From positions 1,120,001-1,184,000 of the forward strand of contig OZ245002.1 of the NCBI GenBank assembly GCA_965223415.1: a stretch of DNA of 64,000 bases, given 5' to 3'. A program made the position numbers and the translations under genes. Shown one piece after another: positions 40,197 to 54,100 of this stretch (position 1 is its first letter; each line of letters opens with the position of its first letter). The stretch is from Myxococcota bacterium. Lineage in GTDB: Bacteria; Myxococcota_A; UBA9160; UBA6930. The notes below the pieces were generated by a model. The model was not told the origin of the DNA, ran no database searches, and worked only from the letters and a program-made list of their open reading frames with translations.

Positions 40197-42001
40197 TACG
40201 GCACCCAGGCCCACCAGGCCATGCGCAGCCAGTCCAAGGCGGAGTGGGTCCAGATCCACAGGAGACTGCGCCGCCCCACGTCGATCTTGGCAACTCCCTC
40301 CATGCCGGGACGGAGGCCCTCCCCCTTCCCTTCCAGGGCGGCTTCGACGCGAAAGAAGCTCCGGCCCTCCTCGGAGCTGGAGATGGGCGTCACCCGGCGC
40401 ACGGTGAAGGGCCGCGGCTCGCCCGGGTGCGCCTGGAGGGTGAGACGCCCCGAGTGGCCGGGCGCGACGAAGGCGATGTCTGCGCCGCCGACCTCGAGGA
40501 TCACCCGGTAGTCGTCGCGGGGCGCCACCTCGAACAGCACCTCTCCCCGCTCCACCGGCGAGCCCAGGGCCTGGGAGAGATCGCCGTGGGTGACCACGCC
40601 GTCGAAGGGCGCGACGAGGCGCGTGCGGCGGCCCTGCTCGCGGATCAGCGCCAGCTCCGCGTCGGCCTGCTCTACCTGGGCCTGGAGGATGCGCACCTGG
40701 GAGCGATCGGCCTCCGCCATCGCGGCGCGCAGCTCCTTGCGGCGCTGCTCCCGCTTCGCCTCCCATTTTCGCGCCTCGAGCCGCAGGTCCGCGTCTTCCA
40801 GGACGCCGAGCACGTCGCCCTTGCGCACGAGATCGCCCGCGCGGTGGCGGCTCTCGGCGACGAAGGCGGGCATGGGTGCGACGATGGCCCGTTGGACCGT
40901 GCCTTCGAGCTCGGCAGGTGCGGCGACCCGGTGGGTGGCGGGCAGGAGCGCCAGGGCGAGCAGCACGAAGACGAACAGCCCGATGCCGAGCCGCACGTTC
41001 AGGCGGTCGAGCCCCGCTGCCGTGGGCAGGTCTTCGGTGAGCAGGGTTCGCACCCTCGCTCCGAGGGGCGCCTGATCTCGCCGGGAGAGACCGAGCACCG
41101 GACCGAGCAGCGAAGCGAGCTGGCCGAGCCACGCGCGCACTGCCTCCGGTTGCTTCTTGCCCGGTGCGAACTCGACCAGGAGCGCTCCCGACAGCTCGTC
41201 GTCGTCGCGAAGGGGCAGCGTCCACACCGCCGAGAGGGCCTGCTCGTCGGCGAGCCGCCGATGGGCGGAGGCCGCCACGGGCGGCTCGCCTTCGGGCGGC
41301 GGATGCACGACCACCGCGTCCTGGTCGACGGCTTCCTGCATCGCCGCGACGAGGTCCTGGGCGAGACGAGAGCGCGGCTCGAGCTGAGCCGTGTGGGAGA
41401 CCGCCTCGAGCACGATCGCATCGCCCTCGATCCGTCCGAGGCTCACCCGCTCGGAGCCGAGCAGGCTCGCGAGCTCGGTGGCCAGGGCGAGGGAGGTCGC
41501 CTCCACCGGCCGCGGTTCCAGGGCGAGGGCCACCACGTCGAGGGTGCGCTCGGCACCGGGCGGTGCCAGGCCGGGCGGGCGCTCCTCCGCCTTGGGCGCG
41601 GGGCCCTGCCTGAGCGCCGGGGTTCGGACCGCCCATTCGAGCCACTCCACCGCCTGGACCAGCTCGCCGAGGGCGGCGGACTGTTCCCGCGGCGAGGAGG
41701 TGGGCTGCTCGACCACGGCCACGACGCGGAGCTCTCCCTGGCGACCCGGGGCGGCCAGCAGATCCGTCCCCTCGCGAGTGCGCACCAGCGAACGATCCGC
41801 GGCCAACGCCGATTGGGCGGCGGCGCGATGACCCTCCGGGTAGGGAGGACCGAGCGGGGCGTTCGGGGGATGCAGCGCGACGAGATCGGGAGGCCCGTCG
41901 GCGCTCTTCTGGAGCCACAGCGTACCGCGGGCCGATCGTTCGCCGGACTCGCAGTGGTGCATCAGCCACGCCTGGAGCAAGGGCTTCATCCCCGGGAACA
42001 T
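40196..42001 (-). CDS. GAF-domain HlyD-family adaptor protein
   Basis: GAF-like (ERVSLG, AMQEAVDQ), TM, RAGDLVRKGDVL, LVAPFDGVV, LRPGMEGVAKI. Start uncertain (42001 or 41989). Confidence 0.85.
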   Translation of the reverse strand: MFPGMKPLLQAWLMHHCESGERSARGTLWLQKSADGPPDLVALHPPNAPLGPPYPEGHRAAAQSALAADRSLVRTREGTDLLAAPGRQGELRVVAVVEQPTSSPREQSAALGELVQAVEWLEWAVRTPALRQGPAPKAEERPPGLAPPGAERTLDVVALALEPRPVEATSLALATELASLLGSERVSLGRIEGDAIVLEAVSHTAQLEPRSRLAQDLVAAMQEAVDQDAVVVHPPPEGEPPVAASAHRRLADEQALSAVWTLPLRDDDELSGALLVEFAPGKKQPEAVRAWLGQLASLLGPVLGLSRRDQAPLGARVRTLLTEDLPTAAGLDRLNVRLGIGLFVFVLLALALLPATHRVAAPAELEGTVQRAIVAPMPAFVAESRHRAGDLVRKGDVLGVLEDADLRLEARKWEAKREQRRKELRAAMAEADRSQVRILQAQVEQADAELALIREQGRRTRLVAPFDGVVTHGDLSQALGSPVERGEVLFEVAPRDDYRVILEVGGADIAFVAPGHSGRLTLQAHPGEPRPFTVRRVTPISSSEEGRSFFRVEAALEGKGEGLRPGMEGVAKIDVGRRSLLWIWTHSALDWLRMAWWAWVP

Positions 42002-42155
42002 CGGCCTGCACGCCTGGTTTCCTGAGGACTTCCAGCGGGTTGCCTCCCATCTCACCCCGGAATGAGGGTCTTCTGCCGCTTCGATGCGTCCTCTCGATCG
42101 ACTAAATTGTGTGATTTTCAACCCATTTTCTTCAAGCGAGGCTTCGGGCGCTCCG

Positions 42156-45100
42156 ATGAGTGCGGATACCGACCCCCGCGCACCGGCGCGAAGTGCCACG
42201 CCGGCGGGAGGGACACGAGCAGACAAGGAGAGCGCGCCTTTGGCCCGCCGGAGACGTCGTCAGCGCAAGAAGGCAGAGAGGAAGAAGGTCCTCCAGCAGC
42301 CGGGCCAGCCGGCCCTGGAGGCGCTGGAGCCGCGGGTCCTGCTCTCGACCTTCACCGTCGCCCCGGAGGCCGACTCGCTCGAGGAGGCGATGTCCGCCGC
42401 GGATCCCGCGACCGGCGCGATCGAGTTCACCCTGAATGCCGACCCCGCCGCCGCGGTCGACGAGGTCGCCGTCGAGAGCCGCTCCGAGCTTGTGTTCGTC
42501 GACACCGGCGTGGAGGACTATCAACGCCTCGTCGACGACCTGCGCGCCGCGAGCCCGGACGGCCGCACGGTGGAGGTCTTCCTGCTCGATACGGAGCGGG
42601 ACGGCGTCGAGCAGATCAGCGAGATCCTGAGCGACCACCAGGGCGTCGATGCGATCCACGTCGTCTCCCACGGCACCGACGGCGCCGTGCAGCTCGGAGA
42701 CACGTGGCTCTCGGGCGACACCCTCGCTCGCTACGAGACGGACCTCATGGGCTGGGCCGAAGCGCTCTCCGCGGAGGCCGACCTGCTCTTCTACGGCTGC
42801 GACCTGGCCGCGGGAGCGAGCGGCAATGCCCTGGTCCAGTCCATCGCGAAGCTGACGGGCGCCGACGTGGCGGCGAGCGAAGACCTCACCGGCGCGAAGG
42901 CGCTCGGAGGCGACTGGACCCTGGAGGTCGCCACCGGCGACGTGGAGACGAGCCTCGCCTTCAGCGAGACACTGCAGCGTTCGTGGAGCGCCACGCTCGA
43001 GACCGCGACCTTCCAGCAGGGGGTCGGCGGCTACACCGGAACCCTCGACACGGAGATCGACTCGGCGAACCCCGGGACGACACTCGGCAGCAGCGTCACC
43101 CTCGAAGCCGACACCGTCAATTCCAGCGGCGGGGTCTCTCAGGGGCTGCTCCAGTTCGGCGACTTGTTCGGAACGGGGCCGGGCCGCATCCCGCTCGGAT
43201 CGACGATCACGTCGGCGACCCTCGAGCTGAACGTCACGGATGCGACGGGGGCCAGTGCCAACGTCGCGCTCCACCGGATGCTCACGCCCTGGGACGAGTC
43301 CTCCACCTGGAACTCGCTCTCCGGCGGTGTTCAGTTCGACGACGTGGAGGCGATGATCGCGGCGGACGGTCAGGTGGCCACGCCCGCGGCGACCGGGCCG
43401 ATCACCGTCTCGGGGCTCGAGAGCGCGCTCCAATCCTGGTCCGACGGCGCCGGCAACCACGGCTGGGTGATCGACATCACCAGCTCCAACGCCTGGGTGG
43501 TGAGCACGTCGGAAGACGCCACGGCGAGCCTGCGGCCGAAACTGACCGTCGAGTACGTCGCCCCGAACAGCGTGGCCGTCGCGAGCGACGACTCCCTCAA
43601 CACCACCGAGGGCATCCCGGTCGTCTTCGACCCGACCAGCAACGATACGGACGCGGACTCCGAAGCCGTGAGCATCGTCGAGTTCACCCAGCCGGCCAAC
43701 GGGACCGTGGTCGACAACGGAGACGGCACGCTCACCTACACCCCGGACGGGGGCTTCTCGGGTGCCGACACCTTCGACTACCTGGCGATCGACGCCGGGA
43801 GCGGGCTGCAGCACCACTGGGGGCTTGCAGGGAATGCCACCGACTCGATCGGCGGCGCCGATGGCTCGCGGATCGGCACCACGACCGTGCCCGGGAACCT
43901 CGGCAGCGGCCTCTCCTTCGACGAGATCGACGACCACGTCCTGCTGCCGGACATCAGCTACGCCAGCGAGTTCACCGTCTCGTTCGACTTCAAGGTCGAC
44001 GAGAACAACGGCTCCCTCGTCCAGTACCTCTACAGCCACGGGGATGTCAACAGCACCAACAGCCTGAACGTCTTCCTCCTCGAAGGTGCTCACACGACCG
44101 ACCCCAATATGCTGCGCACGGTCATCCGCGACGGGAACGACACACTGGACAACAGCGCCCTCCAGGTGGACATCGCCTCGCTGGTCGGCGACAGCCAGTG
44201 GCACACCTACACCCTGACCGTCGGGGCAGCCGGGGCCGAGGTGTTCATCGACGGCGTGCTCTCCAACAGCGCTTCCTACGGCTCCGACGGCCTGGACCCG
44301 GCCGGAGACGTCCATCTCGGCGCGCGCCACGATCTCGACCCGGACAGATTCTTCGGGGGCTCCCTCGACTCCGTTCAGCTCTACTCCAGGGCGCTGAGCA
44401 GCACGGAGGTCTCGGATCTCGCCTCCAGGGCGAATCGGGCGACGGCCGTGGTCACGGTCGCTGCCGAACCGACGCCGACGGTCTCGGCCTCTGGGTCGTC
44501 CACGATCACCGCGGGAGCCGTCTACACCCTGAACCTGAGCAGTGCGAATCTCGGCACGATCAGCGGGTGGACCATCAACTGGGGAGACGGCACGATCGAT
44601 GCCGTGGCGGGCGATCCGGGATCCGTCGACCATGTCTACACCCAGGCGGGGATGACCCACGAGATCACGGTTTCCGCGACCGACGAGAATGGCACCTTCA
44701 CGAGCAGCCGGCTCTTGACGGCCAGTGACCACAACAGCACGGTCTACCTGCTCGACGGCAGCACCGGAGATATCGCGCAGAAGCTTCCCACCAGTCCAGA
44801 GCTGGCCCGAAGCACAGGCGCGACCATTGGCCCCGATGGGAACTTCTACGTAGCCTCGTTGGACACGGACAGCATCGTCCGCTTCGACGGCTCGACGGGG
44901 GCATTCCTAGGAACCTTCGTTTCCGCCGGTAGCGGAGGGCTGGACCAACCGATGGGCCTCGACTTCGGCGCGGACGGCAACCTCTACGTCGCTAGCTACG
45001 TCACGCACGAGGTCCTTCGCTACGACGCCGCAACGGGCGCCTTCATCGACGCCTTCGTCCCGTCCACAGCAGGCGTGAACGGTCCGACTTCTGTGGAGTT

Positions 45101-48100
45101 CGGCCCCGACGGCCACCTCTATGTCGCGAGCTGGTCCTCCGGCATGGTCCACCGCTTCGACGGAAGCACCGGCGCGTTCATCGACGACTTCGCCGATACC
45201 GGCGGTGCCGGCGCGACCGACGTGGCGTTCGGCCCAGACGGACACCTCTACGTCAGCAGTGCTCTCCAGAATCGCGTGTTCGAGTTCGACGGGGTGAACG
45301 GCGCCTCGCTCGACTCCTTCGCGGTCAGCTCCGCCTACTCCCTCGAGTTCGGGCCCGACGGGCACCTCTACGTCAGCCGCTGGGGCTACGACCTGATCGA
45401 GGAGTATGACCCCGACTCGAACACCCTGCTCGGCACTTTCGCCGACGCCGCTGACGGCATCGATGGGCCCTGGGGCATCGACTTCACGCCGAACCAGCAG
45501 GTCACCGTCCTGGCGAACCCCGCGCCGACGGCGGTGAACGACTTGGCCGCCGTGAACGAGGGTGGCAGCGTCATCATCGATGTGGCCGGGAACGACAGCG
45601 ATCCCAACAACGCCCTCGACCTCTCCTCCATCGCCGTCACCTCCGGGCCCGCCAACGGCTCCCTCGTCGACAACGGCGACGGCACCCTCACCTACACCCA
45701 TGACGGCTCCGAGACCGTCGGAGATTCCTTCTCCTACACCGTCGACGACGTCTTGGGCGCCAGCTCCAACGTCGCCAGTGTAACCCTCACGGTCACGCCG
45801 CAGAACGACTCTCCGTCGGTTGTCGGCCTCCACAACGACGAGCTGAACTACACGGAAGGAAGTGGCACCGTCATCCTCGAACAGGGGGGCGACGTCTTGG
45901 TCAGCGACGTGGACTCGGCGGACTTCGCCGGTGGGTCCCTGAATGTCGAGGTCGACAGCGGCCTGGTCGCCACCGAGGATGTCTTCGCGATCCGCAACCA
46001 GGGCTCGGGGGCCGGCCAGATCGGGATCGTGGGAAGCGATGTGACCTACGGCGGGGTGGTGATCGGCTCCTTCGTCGGTGGCACGGGCGTGACGCCCCTG
46101 ACGGTTTCGTTCAACTCGAATGCGACCGCCACCGCCGTGACGCACCTTGTCCGGAACATCACCTATGAGAATCTCGACCTCGAGGACCCGACCGAGGGTG
46201 CCCGCAGCGTGACGGTCGACATCACGGACGGTGATGGAGGGACGAGCGGCACCCAGAACCTGACCGTCAACGTCACGGCGGTGAACGATCAAGCCATTGC
46301 CGACCTCGATGGCGCGGACGGAGCGGGCCGCGATTTTTCGGCGACCTTTACTGAAGGGACGGGTCCCGTGGGCGTGACCGACGCCGACGCCACGGTATCC
46401 GATGTCGACGACTCCGACTTCGCGGGACTCGGAATCAACCTGTCTGACTTCCTGGACGGGACCAGCGAGAAGATCACGATCGCCGGCTACACCTTCGCGT
46501 TCGGTGTGCCTGAGGTCGTTATTCGGACGATCGGAAGCACTGATTTCGAGATCGACTTCGACGGCAGCGGCTTCACGATCTCGCGGGACATCAGCGGCAA
46601 CATGCCGCAGGCCGACCTCCAGACGCTCGTCCGGGGCATCACCTACGAGAACACCTCCTCGGATCCCACGACCGGCGACCGATCCTTCGACATCATCCCC
46701 CAGGACGGCGGCGGGCTGAACGGCCTCTCGTCGACGGCCACGATCTCGGTCGTCGCTACGAACACGGCGCCCACGGCCCTCGATGATGCAGCCTCGGTCG
46801 ATGAAGGCGCCTCGGTGGTGATCGATCTCTCGGGCAACGACTCCGATCCGGACAACGCACTGGACCTCGGCTCGATCGTCATCACGTCAGGCCCTGCCAA
46901 CGGCACGCTGGTCGACAACGGCGATGGGACCCTCACCTACACCCACGACGGCTCCGAGACGATGGGGGACGGCTTCTCGTACACCATCCAGGATGCCTCG
47001 GGGGCCACCAGCAACGTCGCCTCGGTCACCCTGACCGTGACTCCGGTGAACGAGGCACCCACGGACGTCGTCTTCGACTCCGAGTCCACGGCGGAGCGGA
47101 GCCTCAACACCTACGGCACCGGGGACCAGATGGACCCGGCGATCGCCGCCCTGCCCGACGGTGGGTTCGTCGCGGTCTGGGTCTCTCAGGGTCAGGACGG
47201 AGATGGCTACGGCATCTACGGCCGGCGCTTCGACGCCGCGAGCGTTGCCGTGGGGTCCGAGTTCCTCGTCACCTCCGAGATCTCCGATCACGAGACCAAT
47301 CCTTCGGTCACGGCCTTCGCCGACGGCGGCTTCGCCGTCGCGTGGCAAGACCAGGCCTCCGGGGTCAACGCCTGGACCGAAGCCCGGGTCTTCGCGGCAG
47401 ACGGGACGCCAGCCTCGGGGGAGTTCCGCCTCAGCCCGGGACTCGATGGCGACCACGAGGGTTACCAGCCGGCGGTCGTCGCCCTCAACGCTGACGAGTT
47501 CGTCGCGGTCTGGGCCAACGAGGTGGGCGGATCAACCTACGAGGTCGTGGGTCGCATCTACGACCGGGCCGGCAACGCCGTCAGTGGGCAGTTCTCGGTC
47601 GGGTCCCTGGCCTCCGGCTCGGGGCTCTTCGGGGCTCAGACCGAGGTCGCGAGGCTCGACGACGGCGGCTTTGCGGTCGTGTGGCGGACCCACGACGGTG
47701 CGAATCTGGGAACCCGGGTTCGCGTCATGAATGCGGACGGGACCCCGCGGTCTGCGGAGCTGGTCCTCGCGGGCGACGACATCGGCGACGTTGCCGCGCT
47801 GTCGAGCGGTGGCTTCGTCGTCACCTACGATGCGTCCGGGGACCTCCATGCCTCGATCTTCGATGCCAGCGGAGTCTCCGTGGCGGGGCCCGTCAAGGTC
47901 AACACCACTTCCTCCGCCGCCCGCTACGAGTCGAGCGTCGCGCGCTCGGATGACGGCTTCGTCGTCGCCTGGGAATCGAGTGCGGGAGACGGAAGCGGCT
48001 CTTCCGTCCTCGCACAGCGCTTCGACGCGAACGGAACCCGGATCGACGCCGAGATCCTCGTCAACGAGACGACGACCGGCAACCAGGTCAAGCCGGAGCT

Positions 48101-51100
48101 CGTCGAGACGAGCTCCGGACAAGTCGTCGCGGTCTGGCAGAGCGAGAACGTCGACGCCGACCTCAGCGGCATCGCCTCCCGGGTGGTTGCCACCGGCTCG
48201 GCTTCGGTCGCCGAGAACGCGATCGCTGGGGCTCGGGTGGCGGATGCCCTCGGCGTCGCGGATCCCGACGCTGACGATACCCACACCTTCTCGCTGATCG
48301 ACGACGCGGGAGGCCGCTTCGCGATCGATTCGGTCACCGGCGAGATCACCGTGGCGGATGGAAGCCTGCTCGACTACGAAACCGCGACGAGCCACACCGT
48401 CACGGTACGCGCGACGGACGCCGGGGGCCTGAGCTACGACGAGGCCCTGGTCATCTCCCTGCTCGACGTCGACGAGGCCCCCTCGGCGGTGGCCGACGCC
48501 GCGACCGTCGGCGAGGGCGCAAGCGTCACGATCGACCTGGCCGCCAACGACGCCGATCCGGAGGGTGCCCTCGACCTGACCTCGATCCAGATCATCTCCG
48601 GCCCCGCCAACGGCACCTTGGTGGACAATGGCGACGGTACCCTCACCTACACCCACGATGGCTCCGAGACCGTTGGCGACAGCTTCTCCTACACCATCGA
48701 TGACGTCTCGGGGGCTGCCTCCAACGTCGCCTCGGTCACCCTGACGGTCACGCCCCAGAACGACGCCCCGACTGCGGCGAACGATGCGGCCACGGTCGAC
48801 GAGGGCAGCTCCGTCGTCATCAATCTCACCGGAAACGACTCCGACCCCGACAACGCCCTCGACCTCTCCTCGATCACGATCACCTCGGGCCCCGCCAACG
48901 GCACGCTGGTCGACCACGGCGACGGCACCTTCACCTACACCCACGATGGCTCCGAGACCGTTGGCGACAGCTTCTCCTACACCATCGATGACGTCTCGGG
49001 GGCTGCCTCCAACGTCGCCTCGGTCACCCTGACGGTCACGCCGCAGAACGATGCCCCGACTGCCACCAACGATGCGGCCACGGTCGACGAGGGCAGCTCC
49101 GTCGTGATCAATCTCACCGGAAACGACTCCGACCCCGACAACGCCCTCGATCTCTCCTCGATCACGATCACCAGCGGTCCCGCCAACGGCACGCTCGTCG
49201 ACCACGGCGACGGCACCCTCACCTACACCCACGATGGCTCCGAGACCGTTGGCGACTCCTTCTCCTACACCATCGACGACGTCTCGGGCGCCACCTCGAA
49301 CGTCGCCTCGGTCACCCTGACGGTCACGCCGCAGAACGATGCCCCGACTGCCACCAACGATGCGGCCACGGTCGACGAGGGCAGCTCCGTCGTGATCAAC
49401 CTGGCTGGGAACGACTCGGACCCGGACAACGCCCTCGACCTCTCCTCGATCACGATCACCTCGGGCCCCGCCAACGGCACCCTGGTGGACAATGGCGATG
49501 GCACCCTCACCTACACCCACGATGGCTCCGAGACCGTTGGCGACTCCTTCTCCTACAGCATCGATGACGTCTCGGGCGCCACCTCGAACGTCGCCTCCGT
49601 CACCCTGACGGTCACGCCGCAGAACGATGCCCCGACTGCCACCAACGATGCGGCCACGGTCGACGAGGGCAGCTCCGTCGTGATCAACCTGGCTGGGAAC
49701 GACTCGGACCCGGACAACGCCCTCGACCTCTCCTCGATCACGATCACCTCGGGCCCCGCCAACGGCACCCTGGTGGACAATGGCGATGGCACCCTCACCT
49801 ACACCCACGATGGCTCCGAGACCGTTGGCGACTCCTTCTCCTACAGCATCGATGACGTCTCGGGCGCCACCTCCAACGTCGCCTCCGTCACCCTGACCGT
49901 CACGCCCCAGAACGACGCCCCGACCGCCGCCAACGATGCGGCCACGGTCGACGAGGGCAGCTCCGTCGTGATCAACCTGGCCGGGAACGACTCGGATCCG
50001 GACAACGCTCTCGACCTCTCCTCGATCACGATCACCTCGGGTCCGACCAACGGCACGCTGGTCGACCACGGCGACGGCACCTTCACCTACACCCACGATG
50101 GCTCCGAGACCGTCGGCGACAGCTTCTCCTACAGCATCGATGACGTCTCGGGCGCCACCTCGAACGTTGCCTCCGTCACCCTGACCGTCACGCCGCAGAA
50201 CGACGCCCCGACCGCCGCGAACGATGCGGCCACGGTCGACGAGGGGAGCTCCGTCGTCATCAACCTCACCGGGAACGACTCGGACCCGGACAACGCTCTC
50301 GACCTCTCCTCGATCACGATCACCTCGGGCCCCGCCAACGGCACCCTGGTGGACAATGGCGACGGCACCTTCACCTACACCCACGACGGCTCCGAGACCG
50401 TTGGCGACAGCTTCTCCTACACCATCGATGACGTCTCGGGGGCTGCCTCCAACGTCGCCTCGGTCACCCTGACGGTCACGCCCCAGAACGACGCCCCGAC
50501 TGCGGCGAACGATGCGGCCACGGTCGACGAGGGCAGCTCCGTCGTCATCAATCTCACCGGGAACGACTCGGATCCGGACAACGCTCTCGACCTCTCCTCG
50601 ATCACGATCACCAGCGGTCCCGCCAACGGCACGCTGGTCGACCACGGTGACGGCACCTTCACCTACACCCACGACGGCTCCGAGACCGTTGGCGACTCCT
50701 TCTCCTACACCATCGACGACGTCTCGGGCGCCACCTCCAACGTCGCCTCGGTCACCCTGACCGTCACGCCCCAGAACGACGCCCCGACTGCGGCGAACGA
50801 TGCGGCCACGGTCGACGAGGGCAGCTCCGTCGTCATCAATCTCACCGGGAACGACTCGGATCCGGACAACGCTCTCGACCTCTCCTCGATCACGATCACC
50901 AGCGGTCCCGCCAACGGCACGCTGGTCGACCACGGTGACGGCACCTTCACCTACACCCACGACGGCTCCGAGACCGTTGGCGACTCCTTCTCCTACACCA
51001 TCGACGACGTCTCGGGCGCCACCTCCAACGTCGCCTCGGTCACCCTGACCGTCACGCCCCAGAACGACGCCCCGACTGCGGCGAACGATGCGGCCACGGT

Positions 51101-54100
51101 CGACGAGGGCAGCTCCGTCGTCATCAACCTGGCCGGGAACGACTCGGACCCGGACAACGCCCTCGACCTCTCCTCGATCACGATCACCAGCGGTCCCGCC
51201 AACGGCACGCTCGTCGACCACGGCGACGGCACCCTCACCTACACCCACGATGGCTCCGAGACCGTTGGCGACTCCTTCTCCTACACCATCGACGACGTCT
51301 CGGGCGCCACCTCGAACGTCGCCTCGGTCACCCTGACCGTCACGCCCCAGAACGACGCCCCGACCGCCGCGAACGATGCGGCCACGGTCGACGAGGGCAG
51401 CTCCGTCGTGATCAACCTGGCCGGGAACGACTCGGACCCGGACAACGCTCTCGACCTCTCCTCGATCACGATCACCAGCGGTCCCGCCAACGGCACGCTC
51501 GTCGACCACGGCGACGGCACCTTCACCTACACCCACGATGGCTCCGAGACCGTTGGCGACTCCTTCTCCTACACCATCGATGACGTCTCGGGCGCCACCT
51601 CGAACGTTGCCTCCGTCACCCTGACCGTCACGCCCCAGAACGACGCCCCGACTGCGGCGAACGATGCGGCCACCGTCGACGAGGGCAGCTCCGTCGTGAT
51701 CAACCTGGCCGGGAACGACTCGGACCCGGACAACGCCCTCGACCTCTCCTCGATCACGATCACCTCGGGCCCCGCCAACGGCACCCTGGTGGACAATGGC
51801 GATGGCACCCTCACCTACACCCACGATGGCTCCGAGACCGTTGGCGACTCCTTCACCTACACCATCGATGACGTCTCGGGCGCCACCTCGAACGTCGCCT
51901 CGGTCACCCTGACGGTCACGCCCCAGAACGACGCCCCGACTGCGGCGAACGATGCGGCCACCGTCGACGAGGGCAGCTCCGTCGTCATCAACCTGGCCGG
52001 GAACGACTCGGATCCGGACAACGCTCTCGACCTCTCCTCGATCACGATCACCAGCGGTCCCGCCAACGGCACGCTCGTCGACCACGGCGACGGCACCTTC
52101 ACCTACACCCACGATGGCTCCGAGACCGTTGGCGACTCCTTCTCCTACACCATCGATGACGTCTCGGGCGCCACCTCGAACGTTGCCTCCGTCACCCTGA
52201 CCGTCACGCCCCAGAACGACGCCCCGACTGCGGCGAACGATGCGGCCACCGTCGACGAGGGCAGCTCCGTCGTGATCAACCTGGCCGGGAACGACTCGGA
52301 CCCGGACAACGCCCTCGACCTCTCCTCGATCACGATCACCTCGGGCCCCGCCAACGGCACCCTGGTGGACAATGGCGATGGCACCCTCACCTACACCCAC
52401 GATGGCTCCGAGACCGTTGGCGACTCCTTCACCTACACCATCGATGACGTCTCGGGCGCCACCTCGAACGTCGCCTCGGTCACCCTGACGGTCACGCCCC
52501 AGAACGACGCCCCGACTGCGGCGAACGATGCGGCCACCGTCGACGAGGGCAGCTCCGTCGTCATCAACCTGGCCGGGAACGACTCGGATCCGGACAACGC
52601 TCTCGACCTCTCCTCGATCACGATCACCAGCGGTCCCGCCAACGGCACGCTGGTCGACCACGGTGACGGCACCTTCACCTACACCCACGACGGCTCCGAG
52701 ACCGTTGGCGACTCCTTCTCCTACACCATCGACGACGTCTCGGGCGCCACCTCCAACGTCGCCTCGGTCACCCTGACCGTCACGCCCCAGAACGACGCCC
52801 CGACTGCGGCGAACGATGCGGCCACGGTCGACGAGGGCAGCTCCGTCGTCATCAACCTGGCCGGGAACGACTCGGACCCGGACAACGCCCTCGACCTCTC
52901 CTCGATCACGATCACCAGCGGTCCCGCCAACGGCACGCTCGTCGACCACGGCGACGGCACCCTCACCTACACCCACGATGGCTCCGAGACCGTTGGCGAC
53001 TCCTTCTCCTACACCATCGACGACGTCTCGGGCGCCACCTCGAACGTCGCCTCGGTCACCCTGACCGTCACGCCCCAGAACGACGCCCCGACCGCCGCGA
53101 ACGATGCGGCCACGGTCGACGAGGGCAGCTCCGTCGTGATCAACCTGGCCGGGAACGACTCGGACCCGGACAACGCTCTCGACCTCTCCTCGATCACGAT
53201 CACCAGCGGTCCCGCCAACGGCACGCTCGTCGACCACGGCGACGGCACCTTCACCTACACCCACGATGGCTCCGAGACCGTTGGCGACTCCTTCTCCTAC
53301 ACCATCGATGACGTCTCGGGCGCCACCTCGAACGTTGCCTCCGTCACCCTGACCGTCACGCCCCAGAACGACGCCCCGACTGCGGCGAACGATGCGGCCA
53401 CCGTCGACGAGGGCAGCTCCGTCGTGATCAACCTGGCCGGGAACGACTCGGACCCGGACAACGCCCTCGACCTCTCCTCGATCACGATCACCTCGGGCCC
53501 CGCCAACGGCACCCTGGTGGACAATGGCGATGGCACCCTCACCTACACCCACGATGGCTCCGAGACCGTTGGCGACTCCTTCACCTACACCATCGATGAC
53601 GTCTCGGGCGCCACCTCGAACGTCGCCTCGGTCACCCTGACGGTCACGCCCCAGAACGACGCCCCGACTGCGGCGAACGATGCGGCCACCGTCGACGAGG
53701 GCAGCTCCGTCGTCATCAACCTGGCCGGGAACGACTCGGATCCGGACAACGCTCTCGACCTCTCCTCGATCACGATCACCAGCGGTCCCGCCAACGGCAC
53801 GCTGGTCGACCACGGTGACGGCACCTTCACCTACACCCACGACGGCTCCGAGACCGTTGGCGACTCCTTCTCCTACACCATCGACGACGTCTCGGGCGCC
53901 ACCTCCAACGTCGCCTCGGTCACCCTGACCGTCACGCCCCAGAACGACGCCCCGACTGCGGCGAACGATGCGGCCACCGTCGACGAGGGCAGCTCCGTCG
54001 TCATCAACCTGGCCGGGAACGACTCGGACCCGGACAACGCCCTCGACCTCTCCTCGATCACGATCACCAGCGGTCCCGCCAACGGCACGCTCGTCGACCA

